Source of the DNA: Candidatus Eiseniibacteriota bacterium
GTDB lineage: Bacteria > Eisenbacteria > RBG-16-71-46
Direction: 5' to 3'
Assembly: GCA_043720995.1 (NCBI GenBank)
Contig: JAYSRO010000211.1
Coordinates: 1 to 15,819 of the forward strand
Length of the DNA: 15,819 nucleotides
In this document: positions 1-8,330 of the stretch, one piece after another
Position numbering within the stretch: position 1 is the stretch's first letter
How the letters are laid out: each line of letters opens with the position of its first letter
The notes under the pieces: model-generated
What the model saw: only the letters and a program-made list of their open reading frames with translations
Told to the model about the DNA's origin: nothing
Database searches by the model: none
Position numbers and translations under genes: made by a program

Positions 1-405
1 TACAACGTGCACGTCGCCGAGATCCGCCAGAGCTACCGCATCATCGAGCAGTGCGTGCGCAACATGCCGGATGGGCCGTACGTGGCGCAGGAGTTCCGCT
101 ACGGCATCCCCGAGCAGAAGCGCATGCTGCACGACATCGAGAGCCTGATTCACCACTTCGTCAACGTGTCGCGCGGCTTCGTGCCGCCTGCCGGTGAAGC
201 CTACGTGGCGACCGAAGCCCCCAAGGGCGAGTACGGCTTCTACATCATCAGCAACGGCAGCAACCTGCCCTACCGCGTGTTCGTGCGCACGCCGTCGTTC
301 CCGCACATGCAATCGCTGCTGCACCTGTCGAAGGGCGAGTTGCTCTCCGACCTCGTGCTGACGATCGGCGGCATCGACTTCGTTCTGGGAGACGTGGACA
401 AGTGA
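1..405 (+). CDS. nuoD: NADH-quinone oxidoreductase subunit D (49 kDa subunit), 3' partial; gene begins upstream of window
   Basis: ORF 7..405 translates to the C-terminal NuoD/Nqo4 sequence (…FYIISNGSN…TIGGIDFVLGDVDK). The frame is open to the window edge. The TGA stop overlaps the next start (GTGA). Confidence 0.9.
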   Translation, partial: YNVHVAEIRQSYRIIEQCVRNMPDGPYVAQEFRYGIPEQKRMLHDIESLIHHFVNVSRGFVPPAGEAYVATEAPKGEYGFYIISNGSNLPYRVFVRTPSFPHMQSLLHLSKGELLSDLVLTIGGIDFVLGDVDK

Positions 406-875
406 TCGAACTCAAGATCTTGGGGCCTGACGACAAGGCACTGAAGCGCGAGAAGATCGTCGATGTGCTGTGGGCGCTGCAGCAGGAGCGCGGCTACATC
501 GATGACGAAGCGGTGAAGTTGGCCGCGGCCGAATGCGCGCTGACACCGCTCGAAGTCGATGAAGTCGCGACATTCTATAATCTGCTGCTGCGTAGGCCTG
601 CCGGACGCCGCCAGATCTTCATCTGCGACAGCATCTCGTGCGAGCTGCGCGGCGCCGAGAGCCTGATCGCCGAGATCACCCAGCAGCTGGGCGCCAAGAT
701 GGGCGAAGTCACCGCCGATGGCGAATTCGGCCTGCTGCCGATCGTCTGCCTCGGCCACTGCGAAATGGCCCCATGCCTGCTCGCCAACGAAAGAGTACAG
801 GGACCACTCGCCACCGACCCCGAGTCGGTGCGCAAGATGCTCCAGGGGATTCGCGATGACCGACGTAATCCTTAA
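402..875 (+). CDS. nuoE: NADH-quinone oxidoreductase subunit E (24 kDa, 2Fe-2S)
   Basis: 157-aa product carries the four Cys of the NuoE [2Fe-2S] site (…FICDSISC…CLGHCEMAPC…). The GTG start overlaps the nuoD stop by 4 nt (GTGA). Confidence 0.9.
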   Translation: MIELKILGPDDKALKREKIVDVLWALQQERGYIDDEAVKLAAAECALTPLEVDEVATFYNLLLRRPAGRRQIFICDSISCELRGAESLIAEITQQLGAKMGEVTADGEFGLLPIVCLGHCEMAPCLLANERVQGPLATDPESVRKMLQGIRDDRRNP

Positions 876-2154
876 GGCGCAAGGGCGCAATGGCGCGCCG
901 GCCTCGATCGACGAGTACAAGGCCGCGGGCGGCTATGCGGCCGTCACCAAGGCGCTGCGCGAGCTCAAGTCCGACGACCTGATCCAGCTCGTCAAGGACT
1001 CCGGCCTGCGCGGACGCGGCGGCGCTGGATTCCCGTCGGGCATGAAGTGGTCGTTCGTCGGCCGCGGCGAAAAGTGGGACGGCGGGCCCAAGTACCTGTT
1101 GTGCAACGCCGACGAGATGGAGCCCGGGACCTTCAAGGACCGCGTGATCTTCGACAAGAACCCGCACATCCTGATCGAGGGCATGCTGCTCGCCGCCTTG
1201 GGCATGGAGATGACCGAAGGCTACGTGTTCATCCGCCGCGAGTACTTCCGCCAGGCGGACGACTTCGAGAAGGCGCTCGATGAAGCGCGCCGCGCAGGAA
1301 TGCTCGGCAACAACCTGGGCGGCACGAAGTTCTCGTTCGACATCCACGTGCATCGCAGCGGTGGCCGCTACATCTGCGGCGAAGAGACCGCGCTGATCAA
1401 CGCCTTCGAAGGCAAGCGCGCCAACCCGCGCGCCAAGCCGCCATTCCCCGCGACCAAGGGCCTGTGGGGCCGCCCGACCACCGTGCACAACGTCGAGACG
1501 CTGGCGTGCGTGCCGGGCATCATCGCGAATGGCGCGGAGTGGTTCAAGAAACTTGCGGCGAACCCCGAGGGTGCGGGCACCAAGTTGTTCGGCGGCAGCG
1601 GCGCGCTCGAGCGGCCGGCCTGCTTCGAGCGCCCGATCGGCACTTCGTTGCGCCAGATGATCGATGAGATGGGCGGCGTGCGGGGCGGCAAGAAGCTGCT
1701 GGCGGTGATTCCCGGTGGCGCCTCGACGCAATTCTTGACTGCCGACCAGATCGACGTCGCGATGGACTTTACGCCGGTCGAGAAGCTCGGCAGCCGTCTC
1801 GGCACCGGCACCTTCATCGTGTTCAGCGAGGACGATTGCCCGGTCAAGGGCACGCTCAACCTGCAGCGCTTCTTCGCGCGCGAATCGTGCGGCTTCTGCA
1901 CGCCGTGCCGCGACGGGCTGCCGATGGGAGTCGAGATCCTCCAGCGCATCGAGAGCGGACGCGGCACCAACTCCGATATCGACCGCCTCGATGAGCTGTA
2001 TGGCTTCATCGGGCCGAATTCCTTCTGTGCGCTTGCGGGCGGCGCCGCCGAACCCATAAAGGGCCTGATCCGTAACTTCCGCCCCCTGCTCGAGGAACAC
2101 ATCTCGGGCAAGTGCTGCCCGATGAAGAGCAGCCGGGAGGCCGTTCATGCTTAA
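856..2154 (+). CDS. nuoF: NADH-quinone oxidoreductase subunit F (51 kDa, FMN/NADH-binding, 4Fe-4S)
   Basis: The long ORF 718..2154 contains an internal ATG at 856 that gives an N-terminus (MTDVILKAQ…) alignable with E. coli NuoF. It has a GRGGAGFP glycine-rich FMN/NADH motif and ESCGFCTPCRDG 4Fe-4S motif. It overlaps the nuoE 3' end by 20 nt. Confidence 0.92.
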   Translation: MTDVILKAQGRNGAPASIDEYKAAGGYAAVTKALRELKSDDLIQLVKDSGLRGRGGAGFPSGMKWSFVGRGEKWDGGPKYLLCNADEMEPGTFKDRVIFDKNPHILIEGMLLAALGMEMTEGYVFIRREYFRQADDFEKALDEARRAGMLGNNLGGTKFSFDIHVHRSGGRYICGEETALINAFEGKRANPRAKPPFPATKGLWGRPTTVHNVETLACVPGIIANGAEWFKKLAANPEGAGTKLFGGSGALERPACFERPIGTSLRQMIDEMGGVRGGKKLLAVIPGGASTQFLTADQIDVAMDFTPVEKLGSRLGTGTFIVFSEDDCPVKGTLNLQRFFARESCGFCTPCRDGLPMGVEILQRIESGRGTNSDIDRLDELYGFIGPNSFCALAGGAAEPIKGLIRNFRPLLEEHISGKCCPMKSSREAVHA

Positions 2155-2201
2155 CGCCTCGCGCGACCGACGACTCGGCCTCGCGGGACAGGAGACCGTG
2201 C

Positions 2202-4592
2202 GTGCCTGAGATTACCTACGACGGAAAGAAGATCACGGTCCCTGCCGGCACCAACCTGGTTGATGCCGGAGCCGCCGCCAACGTGTCGGTGCCGATTTTC
2301 TGCTACCACAAAGATCTCGGCGCCATCGGCTCATGCCGCGTGTGTGCCGTGACCGTGACGCAGGCCGGCAAGAGCAAGACGGTGATGGGCTGCATGACCG
2401 AGGCGCTCGAGGGCATGGAGGTCACGACCATGGATGAGCACTCGCGCGCGCTGCGCAAGCAGGTGCTCGAGTGGATCATGATCAACCATCCGCACGACTG
2501 CCCGATCTGCGACGAGGGCGGCGAGTGCCAGCTGCAAGACCTGACCATCGCGGCCGAGCACGGCATCCGCCACACTGAACTGAAGAAGCGCACCTTCGAG
2601 AACCAGCACCTGGGCGAATTCATCCAGCACGAGATGAACCGCTGCATCACCTGCTACCGCTGCCAGCGCTTCTACCAGGACTACGCCGGCGGCAACGACT
2701 TTGGCGTCACCGGCAGCCAGCAGCGCGTGTACTTCGGCCGCTTCGAGGATGGCGCCTTCGAGAGCCCGTATTCGGGCAATCTCGTCGAGCTCTGCCCCAC
2801 CGGCGTGTTCACCGACAAACTGTTCCGCTACAAATCGCGCGTGTGGGACCTTGAGATGGCGCCGTCGGTGTGCCCGCACTGCCCTGTCGGCTGTAACATC
2901 ATGCCGGGTGCGCGCCACCGCATGCTGCAGCGCATCCGCATGCGCGAGAACCCGCAGGTCAACGGCTCGTTCCTGTGCGATCGCGGCCAGTTCGGCCACG
3001 GCTACGTGATGGACCCGAACCGCCCGCGCACGCTGCGCCTGAACGGCGAGATCTCCGACTGGAGCAGCGCGTTGGCGCTGACCGGTGGCGCATTGCTCGA
3101 GACCGCGCGCCAGAAGGGTGCTGCGAGCATCGCGCTGATCACCTCGTCGCGCGCCTCGCTCGAGACGCACTACGCCTTGCGTCAGTTGGCGAGCGGCCCG
3201 CTCGCCGGCGCCAAGGTCAGCCACTTCGACGATCCGGAGCGCGAACTGCGCGCCCTCGCCAGCCTCAAGCTGCTCGCTGATGTCGGTGCAGCGCCGCTCG
3301 AGCAGTCGGATCTCGCCCACTGCGACGTATTGCTGATCGCCGGCACCTCACTGGTCGATGAGGCGCCGTTGGCTGGCCTCGCGGCGCGGCAGTGCCACCG
3401 CCAGGGCGGCAAGGTGTTCGTGCTTTCGGCGCTCGAGCGCTACCTCAATGATTGCGCCACCGTGATCCCCACGCATCCCGCGGCACTGGCCGATGCGCTT
3501 AAGGCAATCGCTGCTGGCACCGGTGACGGCGCGCTGGGTGATGCGGCCGCGGCACTCAAGGCGGCGCAGCGCCCGGGCATTCTCGTGGGCAACGATCTGG
3601 TGGATGGTCCGTCACTGACCGCCGCAGGCGAGCTGGCGAAGTCGCTGAAGTCCGCCGGTAAGGCTGTGCGCTTCGGCGCGCTGTTCAGCGGGCCCAATGG
3701 CTTCGGTGCGGCCGCGATGTCGAACGGTGCGGGCCTCGGCGAGATCCTCGCCGGGCTCGAGGGCGGCGCCTTCCAGGCCGCCGTGGTCGTCGAAAGCGAA
3801 TGGTCTTCGTGGAGCCCGCGCGCGCGGCAGGCGCTCGAACAATTGCCGCTGCTAATCGTGCTCGACTACTTGGCAGGTCCGCTGGCCGACAAGGCCAAGG
3901 CGTTCTACCCGACGACCGTCACCTACGAATCGAACGGCACCTACGTCAACCGCGCCGGCCGCTTGCAGGGCTTTGCCGCGGTGCGCGTCCCGGGCCGCTC
4001 GGCGATCGAAGAAATCCAGGATCACTCGTTCCGCCGCACCTACCAGCGCGACGCCGCCGATGGCGAGGCGCAGATGGCGTGGTGGGTGCTCGATGCCTTG
4101 CGCGAGCACACCGTTGGCAGCCCGGCGGTGCGTGATCTCGAAGGCCTGCGCGCGGGACTCGAGCAGAGCCACGCGGTGTGGCGTCCGCTGCATGGCCTCA
4201 AAGCTGGCGATGAAGGCACCTACGTAGACCACGCAGCACTAGCGCCCGCGAGCGCTACCGTGCCCGCGTTCACACGCGAGGCCGGGCTGCAATTGTTCCG
4301 CACCGAACGCACGCTGGGCTCGGAAGTCCTGTCGCGCCGCTCGGAGCCGATGCGCAAGACGGCAAACGCACCGGTCGCGTTGTTCTCGCCCGCGGATGCA
4401 GCACGGCTCAAGCTGAATGGCCGCGTCTCGCTCGAGATCGACGGTTCGTCCGTCGAGGTCGGGGCCCTAGCGCTGGCCGGTGTTCCCGATGGCGTCGTAC
4501 TGGTACCGCGCGATGTCGAATGGCCGATCATCCCCCGTCAGGGCGCTCCCGTTCGCGCCGTGGCGCTCCAGACCGAAGAGGTGGCCCGATGA
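2202..4592 (+). CDS. nuoG: NADH-quinone oxidoreductase subunit G (75 kDa, Fe-S, molybdopterin-like fold)
   Basis: An in-frame GTG at 2202 is preceded by GGAG (2191-2194). The N-terminus is VPEITYDGKKITVP…. Cys clusters are CYHKDLGAIGSCRVC (2Fe-2S), HPHDCPICDEGGEC, CITCYRCQRF and CPTGV (4Fe-4S), plus CPHCPVGCN. Product is about 796 aa (Thermus Nqo3-like length). Confidence 0.92.
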   Translation: MPEITYDGKKITVPAGTNLVDAGAAANVSVPIFCYHKDLGAIGSCRVCAVTVTQAGKSKTVMGCMTEALEGMEVTTMDEHSRALRKQVLEWIMINHPHDCPICDEGGECQLQDLTIAAEHGIRHTELKKRTFENQHLGEFIQHEMNRCITCYRCQRFYQDYAGGNDFGVTGSQQRVYFGRFEDGAFESPYSGNLVELCPTGVFTDKLFRYKSRVWDLEMAPSVCPHCPVGCNIMPGARHRMLQRIRMRENPQVNGSFLCDRGQFGHGYVMDPNRPRTLRLNGEISDWSSALALTGGALLETARQKGAASIALITSSRASLETHYALRQLASGPLAGAKVSHFDDPERELRALASLKLLADVGAAPLEQSDLAHCDVLLIAGTSLVDEAPLAGLAARQCHRQGGKVFVLSALERYLNDCATVIPTHPAALADALKAIAAGTGDGALGDAAAALKAAQRPGILVGNDLVDGPSLTAAGELAKSLKSAGKAVRFGALFSGPNGFGAAAMSNGAGLGEILAGLEGGAFQAAVVVESEWSSWSPRARQALEQLPLLIVLDYLAGPLADKAKAFYPTTVTYESNGTYVNRAGRLQGFAAVRVPGRSAIEEIQDHSFRRTYQRDAADGEAQMAWWVLDALREHTVGSPAVRDLEGLRAGLEQSHAVWRPLHGLKAGDEGTYVDHAALAPASATVPAFTREAGLQLFRTERTLGSEVLSRRSEPMRKTANAPVALFSPADAARLKLNGRVSLEIDGSSVEVGALALAGVPDGVVLVPRDVEWPIIPRQGAPVRAVALQTEEVAR

Positions 4593-5104
4593 TTCGCGAC
4601 CTGATCGACGGGTTCGCCGTGACGTGGCGCAAGATGTTCGAGAAGCCGGTGACGGTCCAGTATCCCGAAAGCAAGCCGGTGATCCCCGAGCGCTACCGCG
4701 GCAAGATCATCCTGACCAGCGACCCAAGCGGTGAAGAACGCTGCGTCGCCTGCCACCTGTGCAGCGCCGCCTGCCCGGTCGACTGCATCACGATCCAGGC
4801 GGCCGAGCGTGAAGACGGACGCCGCTACCCGGAAGCCTTCCGCATCAACTTCAACCGCTGCATCTTCTGCGGACTGTGCGCCGAGGCCTGCCCCACGCTG
4901 GCGCTGCAGATGTCGCAGGACTTCGAGATGGCCGAGACCGACGGACTCAGGCTGATCTACGAGAAGGACCGCCTGAGCGTCCCGCACGGCGGCAAGTACC
5001 CCGACTATTCGTTCTGGGAAGAAGCCGGCACCGCGGTGACGCACGCGCTGGGACACGGCAAGCAGGATTCGCCGCCTTCGGACCCACGATCGAACATGCC
5101 CTGA
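4589..5104 (+). CDS. nuoI: NADH-quinone oxidoreductase subunit I (2x[4Fe-4S] ferredoxin-type)
   Basis: The ATG at 4589 overlaps the nuoG stop (ATGA). The product MIRDLIDGF…RYRGKIILTSDPSGEERCVACHLCSAACPV…CIFCGLCAEACP has two CxxCxxCxxxCP motifs. Identity to E. coli NuoI is high by eye. Confidence 0.92.
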   Translation: MIRDLIDGFAVTWRKMFEKPVTVQYPESKPVIPERYRGKIILTSDPSGEERCVACHLCSAACPVDCITIQAAEREDGRRYPEAFRINFNRCIFCGLCAEACPTLALQMSQDFEMAETDGLRLIYEKDRLSVPHGGKYPDYSFWEEAGTAVTHALGHGKQDSPPSDPRSNMP

Positions 5105-5129
5105 GTTTGTTGTGACAGTAGCGATGCGC

Positions 5130-5162
5130 ATCGGGCGCGGCCTCATGGAGGCTGCGCCCGAT
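5130..5162. terminator. Inverted repeat between convergent nuoI and FG-GAP gene (candidate bidirectional terminator)
   Basis: A 9-bp perfect stem ATCGGGCGC / GCGCCCGAT flanks a 15-nt loop that itself contains GGCCTC…GAGGCT. No clear U-tract is present, which is common in high-GC genomes. Confidence 0.4.
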
Positions 5163-5215
5163 TGCTTCGACGCAGCGGTCAACGACGCGGTGCGCTTGGG
5201 CCCGTGGCGCGTGGG

Positions 5216-7747
5216 CTACTCGATCACCGTCACGCGCATCGATCTCTGCTGTGCCCCGTGGGACAGGCGTAGCCAGTAGAGTCCGGGGGCGATCTTGTGG
5301 CCCTCGGCAAGCTTCATGGTGTGGCGGCCCGAACCGAGGGAGCCGACTTCGCGTTCCGCCACTCGCCGTCCGCCCATATCCAGTAACTCGAGCCGCGCGC
5401 TGCCGTACGCCGGGAGCGCGAAGCTCACGTTCAGTCGGCTTGCTGCGGCCGGGTTGGGGCGCGCGCCTTCGAGCGCGAACGCAACCGCGAAGTGCTCATC
5501 CACGCCGAGCATCGTGCCGGCTTGCGTCGTCGCAAACGCGCTGGCGTTGCCGTTGACGTCAATCGCGCTCAGCTTGAAGTAGCTGCCCGAGGCGGCACCC
5601 ATGTCCACATAGCTCGTGGTATTGACGGTCGCGACCAGGTTCGATGGCGCCGGGATGAATTCGGCTTCAGCGCCACGATAGAGCTTGTACCCGGCGAGAT
5701 CCGGCTCGGCGTTCGCCCCCCACGTCAGGTGCGCGCCACCCGAATAGGTCCCGCTGAAAGAGGCGGGTTGTGCTGGCATCAAATTGTCCGACGATTGGCC
5801 GCTCGAGGCAGCACTCGCGAACCAGATCGAGGGCGTGGTCGTGCTCGCGGTCACCACCAATTCGTTCGCCGTCGCGTTGGAAATAGTGGGCACCGCGGCA
5901 ACATACTGAGCCTGCTGGAGCGCCGGTATGGTGGCAACAAGCTCCCAAGTCCCCGGCGGGAACGCGGTCAGGGTTGACCCCACGATCCGTCCGGTCGAGA
6001 TCGCCTCGGTCATCAGTGGCTGGGGTCCGGAGCTCGACGCAGCAACGAGAGCTGTTCCCGGAATGTGCCGCCACACACCGTAGCTCGCCACAGGCACAGC
6101 GATGCTTGCGTCGTCCAGCGGCGAACGATTCAGCGTCAGCCGGAGCCACCCGCCCTGATCCCCCGGCACGTCCGCCAGGCTGGCGATCACGCCGGATAGA
6201 GCCAGCAACTGTTCCGCGCTGAACGGCGATCCCGCGAATGCGCCGTCGATGGCTTGGACGCTCCAATACAGATTCGCATGGAAGTTGCTCGGCAGCACGA
6301 TGGGCTTGCGGCTGGCCTGGATCGTCCCGATGCGTGCCACGCTGCGTTGTCCGGTGGCAGGATTTGCCATCGGTGACACGATATCGATCGCCCCGGCAGA
6401 CGATCCGATGCGCAGGTTGTAGTTCAGCCCAAGCGTGGGCGTCTGTGCATCGCCGCCCGCCGCCCATGTGAAAGCCAGATTCGATCCGATCCCCTGGGCA
6501 CTCAATCCGGTGGGCGGGGATGGAGCGGTGTTCGGAGTCGAGGAAAGGTTGCGGTAGAGCAGCGAGGCGGGTTCAGAATCGGTGGCCCCGGTCAGTAGCA
6601 GGTCCAAGTCTCCGTCGTTGTCGAAATCCGCCCATGCGACAGCAGAGGAATACACGCCCGCCAGGCTCGCAGCGACGCTCGTGAAGCTGGGATTCAGCCC
6701 GCCACTGTTTTGGTACACCTGCGAGACTGGGCCGGACCCCGAGTATCCTGTCACGATGAGATCGAGGTCGCCGTCGTTGTCGTAGTCTCCCCACGCTGCC
6801 GACGGCTGGTAGCCCGCGGTCAGTCCCGCCGCAACGTCGGCGAATCCGGGATTCGCTCCGCCGCTGTTGCGATAGATCTTCGAGGCAGGACCAGAAACGG
6901 TGTCCCCAGTCAGAAACAAGTCCAAGTCTCCATCGTTATCGTAGTCTACCCACGCCACCGACGAGTTATGGACCCCCGTCAATCCCGCGCCGATGTCCGT
7001 GAACGTGGGCGCCGTCCCGCCGCTGTTCCGGTAAATCCTCGAAACGGCGCCTGAGGTCGACGAGCCGGTGAGAAGGATGTCCAGGTCGCCGTCGTTGTCA
7101 TAGTCCCCCCACGCGACCGACGCCTCGGCGATCGCCGCCAATCCCGCGGCGATGTCTGTGAAGGCGGGGTTCGCACCGCCGTTATTCCGGTAGATCTTCG
7201 AGACCGCACCTGAGCTCGCTTCTCCCGCCAGCAGGATGTCGAGATCGCCATCATTGTCGTAGTCACCCCACGCGACCGATGAACCGTAGACTCCGGTCAA
7301 CCCAGCCGCGATGTCGGCAAAGGTGGGGTTCGCACCGCCGTTGTTTCGATAGACCCTCGAGACGTAGACAGACCCGGTGTAACCCGTGAGCAGGAGGTCG
7401 AGATCGCCGTCGTTGTCGTAGTCACCCCACGCGAGGGAAGAGCTGGAGACGCCCGCCAATCCGGCCACGACTTCCGTGAAGGTGTGGTTCGACCCACCGC
7501 TGTTCCGGTACAGCTTCGACACGTTGCCGGCACCCGTATTCCCGCTCAGCACAAAGTCCAGGTCGCCGTCGTTGTCGTAGTCCGCCCAAGCCACCGATGA
7601 CTGGCCAACTGCTGCCAGCCCGGCCGCGACCTCAGTGAAAGCCGGCCCCTGCGCGAGGGCGATGCGTGGATAGAGCCCGGCCGATGCGGTGAGGCACGCG
7701 AGCAGAAGGAGCAATTCCAAGGATGCGGAGCCGTTTCGGGCAAGCAT
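5216..7747 (-). CDS. Secreted FG-GAP/VCBS beta-propeller protein with FN3 domain and C-terminal sorting-type (T9SS-CTD / FlgD-Ig-like) domain
   Basis: ORF 5216..7909. The likely start is the ATG at 7747, with AAGGGGA 6-7 nt upstream, giving the signal peptide MLARNGSASLELLLLLACLTASAGLYPRIALA-QG. Seven ~53-aa repeats of type F(T/A)xVAAGLxGVxxSSVAWGDYDNDGDLDxLLTG…SKIYRNxGG carry a Ca-binding-like DxDxDGDxD motif. An FN3-like segment follows (…YKLYRGAEAEF…SYFKLSAIDVNGNAS…). The C-terminal 85 aa (…RPNPAAASRLNVSFALP…ARLELLDMGGRRV…GLYWLRLSHG…RVTVIE) resemble the Por/T9SS C-terminal or FlgD Ig-like domain. Confidence 0.85.
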   Translation of the reverse strand: MLARNGSASLELLLLLACLTASAGLYPRIALAQGPAFTEVAAGLAAVGQSSVAWADYDNDGDLDFVLSGNTGAGNVSKLYRNSGGSNHTFTEVVAGLAGVSSSSLAWGDYDNDGDLDLLLTGYTGSVYVSRVYRNNGGANPTFADIAAGLTGVYGSSVAWGDYDNDGDLDILLAGEASSGAVSKIYRNNGGANPAFTDIAAGLAAIAEASVAWGDYDNDGDLDILLTGSSTSGAVSRIYRNSGGTAPTFTDIGAGLTGVHNSSVAWVDYDNDGDLDLFLTGDTVSGPASKIYRNSGGANPGFADVAAGLTAGYQPSAAWGDYDNDGDLDLIVTGYSGSGPVSQVYQNSGGLNPSFTSVAASLAGVYSSAVAWADFDNDGDLDLLLTGATDSEPASLLYRNLSSTPNTAPSPPTGLSAQGIGSNLAFTWAAGGDAQTPTLGLNYNLRIGSSAGAIDIVSPMANPATGQRSVARIGTIQASRKPIVLPSNFHANLYWSVQAIDGAFAGSPFSAEQLLALSGVIASLADVPGDQGGWLRLTLNRSPLDDASIAVPVASYGVWRHIPGTALVAASSSGPQPLMTEAISTGRIVGSTLTAFPPGTWELVATIPALQQAQYVAAVPTISNATANELVVTASTTTPSIWFASAASSGQSSDNLMPAQPASFSGTYSGGAHLTWGANAEPDLAGYKLYRGAEAEFIPAPSNLVATVNTTSYVDMGAASGSYFKLSAIDVNGNASAFATTQAGTMLGVDEHFAVAFALEGARPNPAAASRLNVSFALPAYGSARLELLDMGGRRVAEREVGSLGSGRHTMKLAEGHKIAPGLYWLRLSHGAQQRSMRVTVIE
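6530..7650 (-). repeat. Intragenic tandem repeats (~159 bp period, 7 copies) encoding FG-GAP blades
   Basis: Recurring DNA blocks on the + strand, e.g. gtccaagtctccgtcgttgtcgaaatccgcccatgcgac, gtccaggtcgccgtcgttgtcatagtccccccacgcgacc and gtcgagatcgccgtcgttgtcgtagtcaccccacgcgagg, appear at ~150-160 bp intervals. They are the antisense of the DYDNDGDLD coding repeat. Confidence 0.7.
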
Positions 7748-7942
7748 CGCGAGTCCCCTTGGTCTGAGCCTGTCGAACTTGTGGCGGGTTGACCTGCGCC
7801 AGCAACGAGGCCACGGACCCACGCTAACGGTACACGCAGGGGGATTCGGGCAGGTAGGGATTTCCATGCAGGCGCCGGCAAATGGCGCCTTGTGGCGCTC
7901 CGGGGCCACGTTCGCGCGTGTCTTGGGCGGCTACTTCGCTTT

Positions 7943-7965
7943 TTGCCAACCACTCATTGCCAACC
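7943..7965. promoter_or_regulatory. Direct repeat TTGCCAACC x2 (14-bp spacing) in the divergent promoter region between the FG-GAP gene and the small ORF
   Basis: TTGCCAACCactca at 7943 and TTGCCAACCgcttc at 7957. A possible -10-like TTAGACT lies downstream. GGGAGGG (8031-8037) sits 8 nt before the ATG at 8046. Confidence 0.3.
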
Positions 7966-8045
7966 GCTTCCGCACACGATTACGGGTGCGTTAGACTCGC
8001 GGCTCAGGCGACGCAGGGCGAATTGGCCGGCACGGGAGGGCGAAG

Positions 8046-8330
8046 ATGGCAAAGGGCAAAGGGATGGCGTTTGGCGGTGACACCTCGCGCGATGCGCTTC
8101 GCGCCCAGTACGCCGCACTACGCCGCCTCACCATCGCGCAACGGCTGGCGCTCATGGATGACCTGACGCGGCTCGTCCAAACGATGACACGCGAGGGCGT
8201 GAGGCGGCGGCATCCAGAGCTCTCCGAGGAACAACTCGAAGCCAAGTACTTCGAGATCACCCTGGGCCCGGAACTGGCCGCGCGCGTGCTGGAGCACCGC
8301 CGGTCCCGTGCGACGCGAACCGCGCCGTGA
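8046..8330 (+). CDS. Small (94 aa) predicted all-helical protein; candidate partner/antitoxin of downstream nucleotidyltransferase
   Basis: ATG at 8046 with a strong GGGAGGG RBS. The product is MAKGKGMAFGGDTSRDALRAQYAALRRLTIAQRLALMDDL…RRRHPELSEEQLEAKYFEITLGPELAARVLEHRRS. The stop overlaps the downstream start by 4 nt (GTGA). No recognisable catalytic motif. Confidence 0.55.
   Translation: MAKGKGMAFGGDTSRDALRAQYAALRRLTIAQRLALMDDLTRLVQTMTREGVRRRHPELSEEQLEAKYFEITLGPELAARVLEHRRSRATRTAP

Noticed and set aside
709-2148. 479-aa ORF on the minus strand antisense to nuoF, and many other long antisense/out-of-frame ORFs across the window (e.g. 270..920-, 2331..3320-, 4538..5182-, 5667..6467-, 8378..9166-, 9338..10333-, 10619..11353-, 11573..12361+, 14176..14829+)
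   Set aside because: High-GC genomes generate long spurious ORFs in alternative frames. Their products are low-complexity and Arg/Ala/Pro/Gly-rich with no motifs, and each overlaps a well-supported gene with clear homology.
7748-7909. N-terminal extension of the FG-GAP ORF (MAPERHKAPFAGACMEIPTCPNPPAC…)
   Set aside because: No signal-peptide or domain character. The internal ATG at 7747 gives a canonical signal peptide with an AAGGGGA RBS, so the extension is probably untranslated leader.
8046-8330. Possible HEPN (Rx4-6H) motif in the small protein (R…RRRH)
   Set aside because: The spacing does not fit Rx4-6H cleanly and there is no other HEPN feature, so a HepT/MNT-type assignment is not supported.
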